Below are positions 11,157 to 22,777 of a DNA stretch of 64,000 nt, piece after piece (the first letter of the stretch is position 1; each line of letters begins with the position of its first letter). Source of the stretch: Eukaryota sp. GEM-RC1. Taxonomy: Eukaryota. The notes beneath the pieces were generated by a model. The model did no database searches, was not told where the DNA came from, and was given only the letters and a program-made list of their open reading frames with translations. The stretch spans positions 1,426,001 to 1,490,000 of the forward strand of contig JAUFOQ010000013.1 of NCBI GenBank assembly GCA_040285855.1, read 5' to 3'. The translations under genes were made by a program, and so were the position numbers.

Positions 11157-12692
11157 TCAAATAGTTATCACATTACAAGTACCTATATGATCGTCTATAT
11201 CTGTGTCATAATTTCCAAAGAACCAATCATTACCATCTGTGAACTTAAAATGATGGCTTTCACCTGTAGAAATATTAAGTACAAGCCTGTGGAATTGATC
11301 AGTCTCATCATAATCCATTGGAATTGTGTTCCAGGCAGTAAATGAACCAGCGAGATACATTTGATTGTTAGAAGGGTGGTAGAACTCGAACATATATGGT
11401 ACGATATATATCATTTCTGATTGGAAAGGTGGCGGATCGTCAAACCTTGAAACAAGACCAGATTCGACTGTGGTAATAACTACATCTATGGTAGAGTTTT
11501 GTACAATATCATAGTCTTGAAGAGTAAAATCATTTTCCAACTGTTGCCCAGCACAAACCAGTCGTTGTTGGTCAAGCGGAATGTCTTCTCTTTGGTAAAT
11601 CATATCCTTGACTTCTCCAATGGTTTGATATGGCCGTACTTTGAGTGTTAATGGATTACTATGAGCTGATCTAGAGATGAAAATTGTCATTTGGTCATGT
11701 CCAACGGGATCTTGATGTACAAGGCGAGGCAATTCAAGACTATTGGCCTCCTTAAGGGTCTTCAAGACATCATTAATAGAAGGTCTTTCCCTAGGATTAA
11801 CTGAAAGACATTTGGTAATTAAATTGGAAATTGATCGAGGAAAACCATCAGGAAAACTGAATACATGTTTCTGTTTTTTAGCCATAGCTACTTCATCATC
11901 TCTGATATGTTCAAAGGCAAGTCTATTGGCAAACATTTCATAAAACAATATTCCCAGACTGTACACATCAAATGCCGTGCCATAGACCCTGTCAACAGCT
12001 TCTGGGGGAGTATATTTGGTGGTGATTTCTATAGTGGATGTGGAGTTGTCAATAGTTTGTGAAGAACCAAAACCTGACAGTTTAGCTTGAGAATTCACCA
12101 AAGTGATATTTTGTGGTCTAATGTCATAGTGAACTAGGTCTCTTGAATGTAGATGCTGGACAGCAGTGCACATGTCAATGGACTGTGAAAGAGTGGTGGG
12201 AGAGAGAGATGTTGGAACTTGTAAATGACCAGAACCAAGTTCCATCAAGATACCAATGTGATTCGGAAGTCTAGTTATTCCAAACACTCGAAGGACAAAA
12301 GGATGAGAAACAGATGCCATGTTGGAGACTTCTTGTAAGAGTTTTGCATCGTTCTGATCGTTGCTCAGAACTAGTTTGAGAGCAACAGAGGTGGCAGCCC
12401 ATTCACATGGATAAATACCTGTACCAATCTCATTTCCGATTTCATTGTCGAAGTCAAAACTGATATCGTTTGGTAAGATTTCGGGAACGGAAACAGACTT
12501 TCCCACAAGAGCTTGAACAGCTTCTCGGAGAGCGTAACAGGGAACAACAACATTGAGAGTGGATGGACGACGACAGGACGGACAAATTTGGTTGTGATTG
12601 AGAGATTGTGTTATGCATGATGAACAGAAGCAATGACCGCAAGGTAAAGTGCATGCATCTTCAAAAATTGAGTTGCAAATCGAACAGTCCAT
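11157..12692 (-). CDS. RING-pseudokinase-Ubl-CBM48 fusion (copy B)
   Basis: Intact 511-aa ORF. RING; kinase fold with HYDIRPQN and SGFG (no DFG Asp); Ubl TIGEVKDMIYQREDIPLDQQRLVCAGQQLE..TLQDYDI; C-terminal YLAGSFTAWN..HFKFTDGNDW CBM48. Confidence 0.9.
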   Translation of the reverse strand: MDCSICNSIFEDACTLPCGHCFCSSCITQSLNHNQICPSCRRPSTLNVVVPCYALREAVQALVGKSVSVPEILPNDISFDFDNEIGNEIGTGIYPCEWAATSVALKLVLSNDQNDAKLLQEVSNMASVSHPFVLRVFGITRLPNHIGILMELGSGHLQVPTSLSPTTLSQSIDMCTAVQHLHSRDLVHYDIRPQNITLVNSQAKLSGFGSSQTIDNSTSTIEITTKYTPPEAVDRVYGTAFDVYSLGILFYEMFANRLAFEHIRDDEVAMAKKQKHVFSFPDGFPRSISNLITKCLSVNPRERPSINDVLKTLKEANSLELPRLVHQDPVGHDQMTIFISRSAHSNPLTLKVRPYQTIGEVKDMIYQREDIPLDQQRLVCAGQQLENDFTLQDYDIVQNSTIDVVITTVESGLVSRFDDPPPFQSEMIYIVPYMFEFYHPSNNQMYLAGSFTAWNTIPMDYDETDQFHRLVLNISTGESHHFKFTDGNDWFFGNYDTDIDDHIGTCNVITI

Positions 12693-13329
12693 TGTGTGTG
12701 GGAATTTGAATTTCTGCAGTCAAAATGGAGAACGGTTATACGTGTGACAGAATTTAAATACAAATAACAATTAAAATACTTTTAATAGAGCAAATGTAAT
12801 ACTATAAATACCTGTAATACCTGTAAGATCTTGCTATAATTATAGTACATTGTGCATGTGATATTAGGAAATAGGTGTGACCGTGGAATTTTGAAAACAA
12901 AGGGGAGGTTACTTTACCGTAATACAAGCAATCAAGTGGGCTTACTTGTATCAAATATATACCTATAGTTGCTTGTTTTGGGACATTTACAATATGCATT
13001 CTAGTTTTATGTAAATACAGACATATTGTTTATTAAGTTTTGGCAAATGTGTTTTAGTTGCCAATTTTCACTGTTTTGAAATATTAATAGGAGTCCTGTA
13101 GATTCACGCAACCAATTAATGTACTGATTTTTTTAGAATCCTTGGTGATCAAACGTTTTTGTTCTAATATATTGGTCTAACATTGAGCCTAAGTGGTATG
13201 GAGTCATGTGAATAATTATATATTTTCCCCCACCCCTGTCATTGTCCACACTACAGACAATCATACTGACACCATTTAGACAACGAATATTACTCTGATA
13301 TTATTTATATATTACTGACCAATAATGAA

Positions 13330-14285
13330 GAGACTTCGCCCAAAAACAAAGTTTATCAAACCTTCCTAGTCATTTCCCAAAAACAAAGTTTTTTTTGGAG
13401 GATTACCCCAAAACAAAGTTTTTCAAACCTCTGCAGTTTTTGTAATGTTTCCATATCGGCCATAAAGTTCAATGTACAACAAATCTTGTACCACCTCTTC
13501 TAAAGAGACACACATTAAGTTCACACCACCTTACAACATGCTTCTTTCACTTTCAGTCTTATCGTTGGAGAGAGATCGGGAAGTATTGGGTTTATACATA
13601 TGTCCTCCCCTCTTCTACATCTCTTTTCTCACACTATCATCCTTCTTGTGAGGGAGCAGTATGGAGTTGATGGGATTGCAGTCCCCTATTTTTCTTCTAC
13701 TCTGGCAAATAAAAGTCTTTATATCACTAGAACGCATCATATACCTACTACAACTCGCTGACTTCATCTCTTTGGGTACATCGTCTTCTCTTATGTCCTG
13801 TCAATGTTGCAATAAGGATGGCACCCAGATACTGTGTTTTTACGTGAGTTCAACACACATTAGAGTTCAAAGATTCTGTATTGAATCTGCCTGTTTCCAC
13901 GTTGAATTCATATCGTTTGCTTTCCGCATTTTACCGGGCGAAGTGATTCCCTCTGTGGGAAAATGTTCTTGAAGAACAAATCCTGCAACTTTAGAGGCAA
14001 AAGAGACTTTAAAGGGGCATACACCGTTTAGAGTGAGGAGTATAGGTTTTTATGAGATGATGATCATCCTCTGATTGACAAGCAACGTAAAGCAGCTTTC
14101 AACTCAATCTTGAAATTGAAACTGACTGAAAGTGCACATCTTTCTGAAGACAATGGCGCTGGGACTTTTCAGAAGATTGAAGGTGATTTGTATTAAAGGA
14201 TGAAGACAAGGTTTCATGGTTTTCAGAAACTTTGTTTTTGGAACTCAGGTTTCAAAAACTTTGTTTTAGAGTAATTTCTCATCAA
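13330..14285. mobile_element. Degenerate DNA-transposon relic with inverted terminal motifs
   Basis: CCCAAAA(A)CAAAGTTT x3 at 13339-13430 and inverted AAACTTTGTTTT x2 at 14227-14270. Interior has no intact ORF. Confidence 0.45.
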
Positions 14286-14490
14286 ATGAAACATACTTAT
14301 CATCGAATTGGCTGCAGGTAGCAAGTTTTGGAACGGTTTATTGATGTTTCTTAAGTTTCTACAGAGCCATTGACCTTTCAGAAACGAAAATTTTGCATGT
14401 AACACTAAATCAAACAAATGAATGTTGTATTATCAGAATGGTCAAATTAGTATGACTCCTTAGAATTATTCTAATAATTGATACCATGAC

Positions 14491-15912
14491 TTAAAATAAA
14501 AACCCAAAAAATGAATTCAATCGTTTTAACTTTTTTACAGCATTTGAATGACCCAAATCCGCAGCCTTTTGATACCATTCAATGGCTGTTGGTTTGTTTT
14601 TTGAACTCCAAATCCGTAATGGTACATTTGTCCAAGATTATTCATGGCTTCAGAGTCACCCAAATCCGCAGCCTTTTGATACCAATAAACAGCTTGAATA
14701 AAGTCCTGTTCCACCCCATTACCATAATAGTAACAATTACCAAGGCATAACATGGCAACCGAGTAACCTAAATCTGAAGCATGTTGGTACAAAAAAACTG
14801 CTTGAACATAGTTTTGCTCCACCCCATTCCCGTTATAGTAACAATTACCGAGATTGTTAATCGCTACAAGGTCCTCCCTCTTCGTGTTCTAAAGAGGTGT
14901 GATCATCATCACTAACTTCAGGTTGATCACCATTTAAAGAGTTGTTCGCCTCCATGGCTTCAAAAACTAGTTGAAAATCTTTCAACCTTTTCAGTACATG
15001 ATTAATAGAAGGTCTTTCGCTTGGATCAACTGAAAGACATTTACCAATCAATGAGGAAATTGATAGGGGAAATCTAGGAAAATAACGAAACAAATGCCAA
15101 GTATCCTTGGCATTAATTACTGCTGAAGCTGACATGCCTTCAAAAGAAAGTCTATTGGCAAACATTTCGTAAAGCAATATTCCCAAACTATAAACATCAA
15201 ATGAAAATCCATACACATGCTTATAAGCTTCTGGTGGAATAAACTTGGGAGTAACATGAAGAGAATGACAGACTTTTTGAGTAGAACCAAGATCAGCAAG
15301 TTTAACACTAGAATTTACCAGAATGATATTCTCAACTTTGATGTTGTAGTGGACAATTCCTTTTGAGTGTAAATGCTTAACAGCAGTGCATATGTCAATT
15401 GCTTGTGAAAGGGTGGTGGGAGAAAGCGAAGTTGGAACTTGCAAATGTCCAGAACCAAGTTCCATGACTATTCCAATGTGCTCAGGAAGTGTGGTGATAC
15501 CAAAAACTGGAAGAACAAAAGGATGAGAAATCAAAGCTCTGTGGTGAAGTTCTTTTAATGAGTCCTCATCGTGATAAGCCTTGGGTTCCAATTTCAACGC
15601 AGTCGTGATGGTTTCCCATTGACAGCGATGAACAGTAGAACGTAGACTTCTTCCCTAATTCAGTATCAAAAGTGATGTCATCAGGAAGGATCTCTAACAA
15701 AACAGAGTAATTTGGTAGAAGAGATTGACATGCTTCACGTAAGGCAAAAGAATCGACAAGATCGTCAAGTACCGTCTCATGTCTACATGTCGGACAGGTG
15801 GAGTCATAGTCTAGTTTTTGAGTAATACAACGGCGACAAAAGAGTGTCCACACGGCGATGTCACCGCATCTTTGAAGGTGTTAGCGCATATCGGACACTG
15901 AAGGGGAGACAT
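14491..15912 (-). CDS. RING-(pseudo)kinase-Sel1 repeat fusion (copy C), several frameshifts (pseudogene or assembly errors)
   Basis: ATG 15912 MSPLQCPICANTFKDAVTSPCGH; kinase with family hinge IVMELGSGHLQVPTSLSPTTLSQAIDIC, HYNIKVEN, DLG; about three Sel1 repeats (LGNCYYYGNGVEQDFIQAVYWYQKAADLG). Confidence 0.8.
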
Positions 15913-16149
15913 TTGATTGGAAAGTGCTAGTATTACTCCAGTGATCAGGTATGAGACTTCCTTTCAAGAAGTATCGATGTAAAAAAGGAAGGTGAATTAT
16001 TAATCATACTTGGGTGATCACACTTTTTTGTGATGTGATATTTGTGAGTGATTTTTGTGATTCACAGGTACCACAAAAAGTGTGATTTGTGAGTGATAAT
16101 TATGATATTTGTGAGTGATATTTGTGGTGTATGTGGGGGTCGAAATACG

Positions 16150-16330
16150 CAAAAAGAAGGACAACAACATCTGCTCTTCGTTAACCAGAAATTTGTTCTG
16201 TTTTCCGTCATTACAATTTTTTGGTTCCAAAGATCTTAAAAGTGGTCCAACAAATGATTCAATTTTGTAAGACTTACACATAACATGTATTTGGTCTCTG
16301 ACAGACATCATGCACACACGTTTTATAAAT
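16150..16330 (-). mobile_element. Fragment of CRE-like RLE non-LTR retrotransposon
   Basis: SVRDQIHVMCKSYKIESFVGPLLRSL is near-identical to the translation at ~24140-24230. Confidence 0.6.
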
Positions 16331-16569
16331 TATGTAGCGATTACAACTTACAAAATGAGACAATGCTAGTTGTTCTTTACAGCTACATCGAAAATAATTT
16401 AGCAAATTATATGGGCATATATAGCAACGGATTCGCATCGTAGTGGAACAAGTCTTGTGTTAGTAGGATATTAGATTCTTTTTTTTAATCCGTTAACAGT
16501 GGCTCAAAAGCTCAAACACTCCAAGTATGACTCTTAAATAGAAATAAATAAAACGAAACTCATATTCCA

Positions 16570-16912
16570 AATTTGTGTTTCAACCTTTTGATGTTTCTCT
16601 TTTGGATCGATTAGTCCTGTTAGTGATCAAATTTTCAAGGATTTCGAAAACCTTTGTAAAGAAAGAAGTGCAAGTATATAATGACTGAATACAAAAACGT
16701 ATTGTGTTTTCCATTTATCGGAATATGCCTTTCTATTTCTCTAGATTAATTGAGAAACTTGACAAGTTTGGAGTGAAGGTTAATGTCGTAAAACGTAATC
16801 TTTTACCGGATGGGGATGAAGTCGTTTGGATTTATTCATATTGTTATTTGTTTGTCTTAGCAATTTCATAGTTTTGTAGGAAGGTTACCTTATTGGGTAC
16901 CGAATAAAGTGT
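16570..16912 (+). mobile_element. 3' end of a CRE-like retrotransposon (degenerate)
   Basis: Frameshifted QPF.VSL.GSISP RLE-tail motif. The 3' UTR 16810-16910 matches the reverse complement of 32084-32190. Confidence 0.55.
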
Positions 16913-17295
16913 TGAATGTTACACTTTTCAGTAGCAGAAAACACATCCAAACGAATTTTATATACGATTGTGTAACAGTCATTTGACACTTATATGCACT
17001 GAACTAGAAGAAAAAAATAAGGAAAACTAGAAGAAAAAGCCCAAAAGTATATCGAGACATTGTCATATCAATATAGGGTCATCATATTCACATCTTATCC
17101 AACGTCTCCTTTTTCAAAAACCAACGGTATTTAAATTGTCAAGTTCAGGACTAACAATCGTTTCTTCCGCGAAGTGGGCCACGTGTTTGCTATTGACCAT
17201 GTCGAAGGTATGTACAATTTACAATCGAACTACATGCCATGACTTTGAGATCAGGGCAACTGGTTGACATGAGTTTGCAACTCGTTAAAAAGAAG

Positions 17296-19005
17296 TCACA
17301 GTGGAAATAACATAAGAGAATTGATGAAAAACTCATCCCTATTACGCTTCATTTTGATTAGATTCCATTCAGTAAATGACCCAGCTAAATAAATGGTTCT
17401 GTTAGGAAGGGTGTAGAACTGGAACTCATATGGTATAACTCGGATGGGATGCAGAGGGAGAAGGTGGGAAGGCCTCGGCCCTTGGCATCACACGGGATTC
17501 CTGTTGATCATTGGGAAGAACAATAGTCAAGTGAAGAACATCAGTAAAACGGTAATCCTGTATCAGTGTCCTATCAAAAACGTTTACAAACTTCCCATCA
17601 CGTGTACAGGTCTCAGAAGGATTGATAAACACGTGATTTTCCAGAACAACGCCATTGCAGTCTTTAATACACTGACATGAGACATCAATTCCTTCCTTAT
17701 TCCATATCTGATGCTTAATACGAGCAATGGTATCTCCACCCACTCCCAAAGTCAATTTGATTGTGGTACCGTCCTGGATAAACACTGTTAAGAACTGTGA
17801 AGTACACACATCATACAATACATGTATCGTAGAATAATTTTGAATATCATAGTCTTGGAGTTTACGCACATTTTCCATCAATCTGCCCTCGGAGAGAAGT
17901 CGTTGTTGACCAGGTGGAATGCCTTCTCTTTGGTAGATCAGATCCTTTACTGCTGCAATGGTGTCGTTTGGGCGTAATTTGACTGTCAAGTTCTTTTTAG
18001 AAGGAAGTTTGAGGGAAATCTTCAATTGAACATTTTTTGATGATTTGGAACGGTTGATGATTTGGAACGGTTGATCTTGGTCAACTCTTTCAGTACATCA
18101 TTAATAGAAGGTCTTTCATTGGGATTAACTGAAAGACACTTGTTAATTAAATTTGAAATTGATCGAGGAAAACCATCAGGGAAACTGAATGAATGTTTCC
18201 GTTGTTTAGCCATAACTACTTGAAGCACACCCATGCGTTCAAAGGCAAGTCTATTGGCAAACATTTCATAAAACAATATTCCAAGACTGTATACATCAAA
18301 TGCCGTGCCATAAATCTTATCAGCAGCTTCAGGAGGTGTGTATTTGGGGGTAACTTGCAAGGTGGAAGTGTAGTTATCAACAGATCGTGAAGAACCAAAA
18401 TCGGCCAGTTTAACCTGAGAATTCACCAAAATGACATTCTGAGGTTTAATGTCATGATGAACCAAGCCTTTTGAATGTAGATGCTGGACAGCAGTGCATA
18501 TGCCAATGGCTTGTAAAAGCGTGGTGGCGGAAAGAGATGTTGGAACTTGTAAATGTCCAGAGCCGAGTTCCATCAAGATGCCAATGTGTCTTGGAAGTCT
18601 AGTTATACCAAATACTCGAAGGACAAAAGGATGAGAGAGAGACGTCATATGAGACACTTCTTGCAAGAGTTTTGCTTCGTTCTGACCGGCGTTCAGAACT
18701 AACTTAAGAGCAACAGAGGTACCAGCCCAATCACATGGATAAATACTTGCACTAACTCCTTTTCCCATTTCATTGTTGAAGTCAAAACTGATATCATTCG
18801 ATGAGATTTCGGGTACGGGTACGGAATTCCTAGAAAGAGCTTCAACAGCTTCACGAAGAACATAGCAAGGAACAACATCGTTGAGACTGGTTTTTCGGCG
18901 ACAAATCGGACAACTTTTGTTGTGGTTGAGAAATTGTGTTATGCATGAGCGACAAAAACAGTGTCCACATGGAAGTGTACAAGCATCATCGAAGATGGTT
19001 CTTAC
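17296..19005 (-). CDS. RING-kinase-Ubl-Ubl-(truncated CBM48) fusion (copy D); 5'-truncated RING, frameshifts at ~18035 and ~17470
   Basis: RING lacks its first CxxC. Kinase has HHDIKPQN and DFG. One A restored at ~18035 joins it to the Ubl ORF 17426-18025 (TIAAVKDLIYQREGIPPGQQRLL). Another frame continues VIPYEFQFYTLPNRTIYLAGSFTEWNLIKM to a stop at 17296. Confidence 0.8.
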
Positions 19006-19039
19006 ATGCAATTACCTGATTACAATTTCAAAATTTTGA

Positions 19040-20938
19040 TGGCAACTTTGAATACATCACCTACCTTCTTATACCAATCCTTTCTGGTTCTCTTTTTGTT
19101 CGTGCTCGTGCTGTGATGAAAGATGCGATCCTCTCTGATTATGACCTTAATGAAGTTGGTTTATCTGCTGACAATATTACACAACTTGATTTAGTGCAGA
19201 ATCTATCACAAATCCGAATCTTTCTTAATAGATGGAATTCCACCCAAGGAGAACAAAGACGGATATTTTCATTTGAAATCGTTGAAGTGCTATTCTCGAA
19301 ATCTACCCTAAGAGCTTCCTTTATTGATTTTGGACCCTTTCAGTATCTCGATCACAAACCTTTCTCATGAATCCATCATGAACAAAAAGATGAGCCTGTC
19401 AATTTGTTATGAAGAGATCAAATCCATTGACGTATTGAATAATTCCATTCGTATCAGCACACACTCAATGTTCTCAGATGAAACTTTTTTATTTCAATTT
19501 TGTGACTGTGTGTATGTCCCTGGTGATGACATGATTGAGATCACTTTCAAAAACTCTGAAGACTTAAGTTTGTTTGAAATCGAAGTTCAACCCATCATTT
19601 CGTCCATCAAATCTGATGCTGTCTCTTTACGACAATCCATCACTCTATCTCAGCCACCACTATCTGTTAAAGAGAATGAACCTACTCTCTCAAAAAGAAG
19701 GTCACCATCTGTGAGTAAACCTACTAGGAAGAAAACTTGCTTTGAGTCATCTTTCTTGTCAACAGATGACGCAGATGTATATCAGCGTGTTCTGGCTTAT
19801 CCAAAGAATGATAACAAAGAATGATGAAGAAAACCATTATTCAATCATCTCTTCTTCTTTTACAGCAGGCAAAGATTTAAATGAACAAAATGACATAACC
19901 AAGATGATACGAATGTATGATCTGCTCAGTGCTGTGGATGCTTTTGATGTTTCCAGTGTATCTGTTACCGATGGTCCGAAGAAATTTGATTCAATATATC
20001 GGTTTGTAGTCCAGAAATGGATCGAAACATTGGATTGCTGGTCCTTTGTTGATGCCGTAGCCAAAAGAAATTTAAAAAGGCTAACGAAATTTGGGATGAT
20101 CTCGACGTGGCAGAAGATGGTCGACGCTATTACATTTATGTTGGGAGACCAGCCAACGAATTTTATTGTGGAATGTCCTCGACTGAAATTTCCACAACCG
20201 GAGATCCATGTAGATTCACTACACATCTAACAAAAGCAAAAGGTACACGTGCTGCAAAAATTCAATCCCAGAAGAACAAAAACTTTCGCGAATCTCTTGG
20301 ACAGCAGCCAATCACATCAGTCAAACAAAATTTCAAAATTCTGATTTACTTTGATGAACATGGTTTGGACACTGTTGGAAACTCAGACAAATGCTTGTTA
20401 CTGCTTCGTGTTCTTGAACGTGCAGTCATTTACTTAGGTCAATTTTTCGATCGACAGTGTAGCATGGTTCTAAATTGCACTAAGGGGGGGAGAATTTGGG
20501 GGCTAGAAGCTGTTGCTGCAGGACACGCTACAGTTAAAAAGAACAATGATGTTGGATTTCTTATCGGAGGATGGTAAAAGATACCATGTTTGCAAACAGA
20601 ATAGTATTGGACTCAACTGGTTAGGTCGATCAAGAGTTTATATGCCCATCGATTATGATCCAAAAGTATCCGAATACGTTTGGATTAAATTGGAATTAGC
20701 ATCCAATGGCGCCAAACAGTTAGTCGTTTACTATAATGACAGGTCGAGGAACTTTGTGATTAAGGCAACAAATGACCGCTTATCAGGTATTTTAAATAGA
20801 ATATTCCAATATGACCAATAATGTACTAGTACTTAGACTTCTAGGTGTTGTTCTAATTGTGGCCAGTCTGGCCATTATATTACAACATGTCCAGTAGCTA
20901 AAGAAGAACAGTTAAAACTTCAATATTCTAATAACTGA
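19040..20938 (+). CDS. GIY-YIG-like endonuclease with C-terminal CCHC zinc knuckle; multiple frameshifts
   Basis: Overlapping ORFs 19113-20821 join into one protein. RYYIYV..EFYCGMS..RFTTHL..LERAVI..VLNCTKGG at ~20120-20490, and CSNCGQSGHYITTC at 20849-20890. Confidence 0.6.
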
Positions 20939-22013
20939 ATCTTCTCCAGCAGTGGCTACAAACAACCCATCAACCGGAGTAGCAATACTCGAAGATTGTG
21001 TTACAAATTGAACAGTCCAAATAGTGCATGAAACGACTATAATTGGGACTTTCAAAATTCAATTGTACAAAGTTGGTGTTATTATTTGTGACAACACTGT
21101 TCCTTAAAATGTGTTAAAGAAAGGAATTCTCACTTGTTATGCTGATAAAATGTCACTAACATGACTGAAATACCATATTTGTAAAATACACTTTCTCAAA
21201 AATATTGTAATCAGAATACAAAAATACAATACAGCACAGAATACAGATACTGTATAAGTGTATTTGTTATCTTGTCATAACAAGTGATAAAACTACTAGT
21301 ATGTGTATTGAGTCCAACGACTGCAAAGGTGATTGATCTTCAGGGTTATCATGTTTTTATGTTAAACGTTTTAACTCGAAATCATAATATAGATCGGCTA
21401 AAAATGTGAAACTCTTACACCCTTTGCAAACCACATCCACAACTTTACAACAATATCATGAACCAATTTTGACATCTCTTGGACATCCTATCGTTAACGT
21501 ACTGTAATGCAGCGTTTATAATAATCAGCAGAAAATTGTCTGTTCTGTAAGTTGATAAAATAATACATCACCCATTTCTACCAACGAATGGTTAGCTTGA
21601 TCAGCCAGACCCGCTGTCGAGTATTTTGCTCATGTATTTCATTTCAGTCATTTTCATCAATTAAAGGGAATTTAGGACTGATAAAAAAACACTTTTTCAA
21701 AAAATACTACAATACATTGTATATACTAGTAATACAAAAAAATACTGTTCTTTGTATTTAACAACTACTGTATGTAGAGTACCGACCTTATGGTTAACGT
21801 GTAGTAATGATCAATCGTAAAGAAACTTGTACTTCTGTCCCGCTAAATTACTTCAGATTTACGCTCTGTGGGGGTAACAATTAAGCGCACATTGACACAT
21901 TCTGTCAATAAAAGGGTTATTACTGTAGTAATATGATATTATATTTAGAGAGTTTTATGTCGCAAGGTTACAAATCTTGTGTCACAAGAAAATTGCTTCC
22001 CAATTTTTCCCCA

Positions 22014-22777
22014 ATGCAACAATTCTCTGAGCATCCCAACAAATTCTTTGTTGGTGGCATCAATATCCATACTTCTGAAGAACGTCTACGTGAGTACTTT
22101 GAACGTTTCGGTCCCGTTGTAGAATGTAACATTCAAACAGTCAAAGAAACAGGTCGTTCTCGTGGCTTTGCTTTCGTCACATTTGATCCTTCTGTTGATC
22201 CCAATGTCATTCTCAATACTTCTCATGAACTCGACACCCGCTTTGTGTGTTCTACTTTCTCCTAGTCTTATCTTAGCTTGATGTCAAACCAAGTATACCC
22301 CGACAGAAAATGGCACAATTCATTCGTGTCTACGTTGCTGGTATTCCCCCAACAGCTTCTGAAGAACAAGTCCGTCAAAAGTTCTCAAGGTTCGGTCAAA
22401 TCCTTGATTTTGTTATTCCCCGAGATACACTCGGCTCCAAGGGTCATGCTATAATCACGTTTGCTGATGCCAGTGCTGCTTCTGCTGCTCTAGCCCAACC
22501 CACTGAGATTGATGGCGTCGTAGTGGAAGTTAGACATGCCAGAGCTCATTCAATGTTACAACAACAACAGCAACAGCCGCATTTCCAACCACAGTTCAGC
22601 CAACCCCCAGTTGAAGCTCCTTCAATGCCTGATCCTGCTGTTGCTAGAGATACCTTCCTTGCAGCTAGTGCTGGAGGTGGAGGAAAGCCTCTGGATCCTA
22701 AGTTTATTGCGGCTGCTCGATACTCATTACAACAACTACAAACAGGAGCTGTAATACCACCGCCAACGATGATTTAG
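22014..22777 (+). CDS. Two-RRM RNA-binding protein (hnRNP A/Musashi/Hrp1-like), exons 22014-22244 and 22277-22777
   Basis: RNP2 KFFVGGI, RNP1 RSRGFAFVTF; second RRM RVYVAGI/KGHAIITF. Removing the 32-nt intron joins the frames exactly. Confidence 0.9.
22245..22276 (+). other. 32-nt spliceosomal intron
   Basis: GTGTGT...CTTATCTTAG; removal restores the frame TRF|LDVKP. Confidence 0.85.

Noticed and set aside
21781..21815. GACCTTATGGTTAACGTGTAGTA resembling the U2 snRNA 5' region
   Set aside because: Lacks the GAUC needed for the U2/U6 helix, with no clear stem II or Sm site. An Infernal RF00004 search would be needed.
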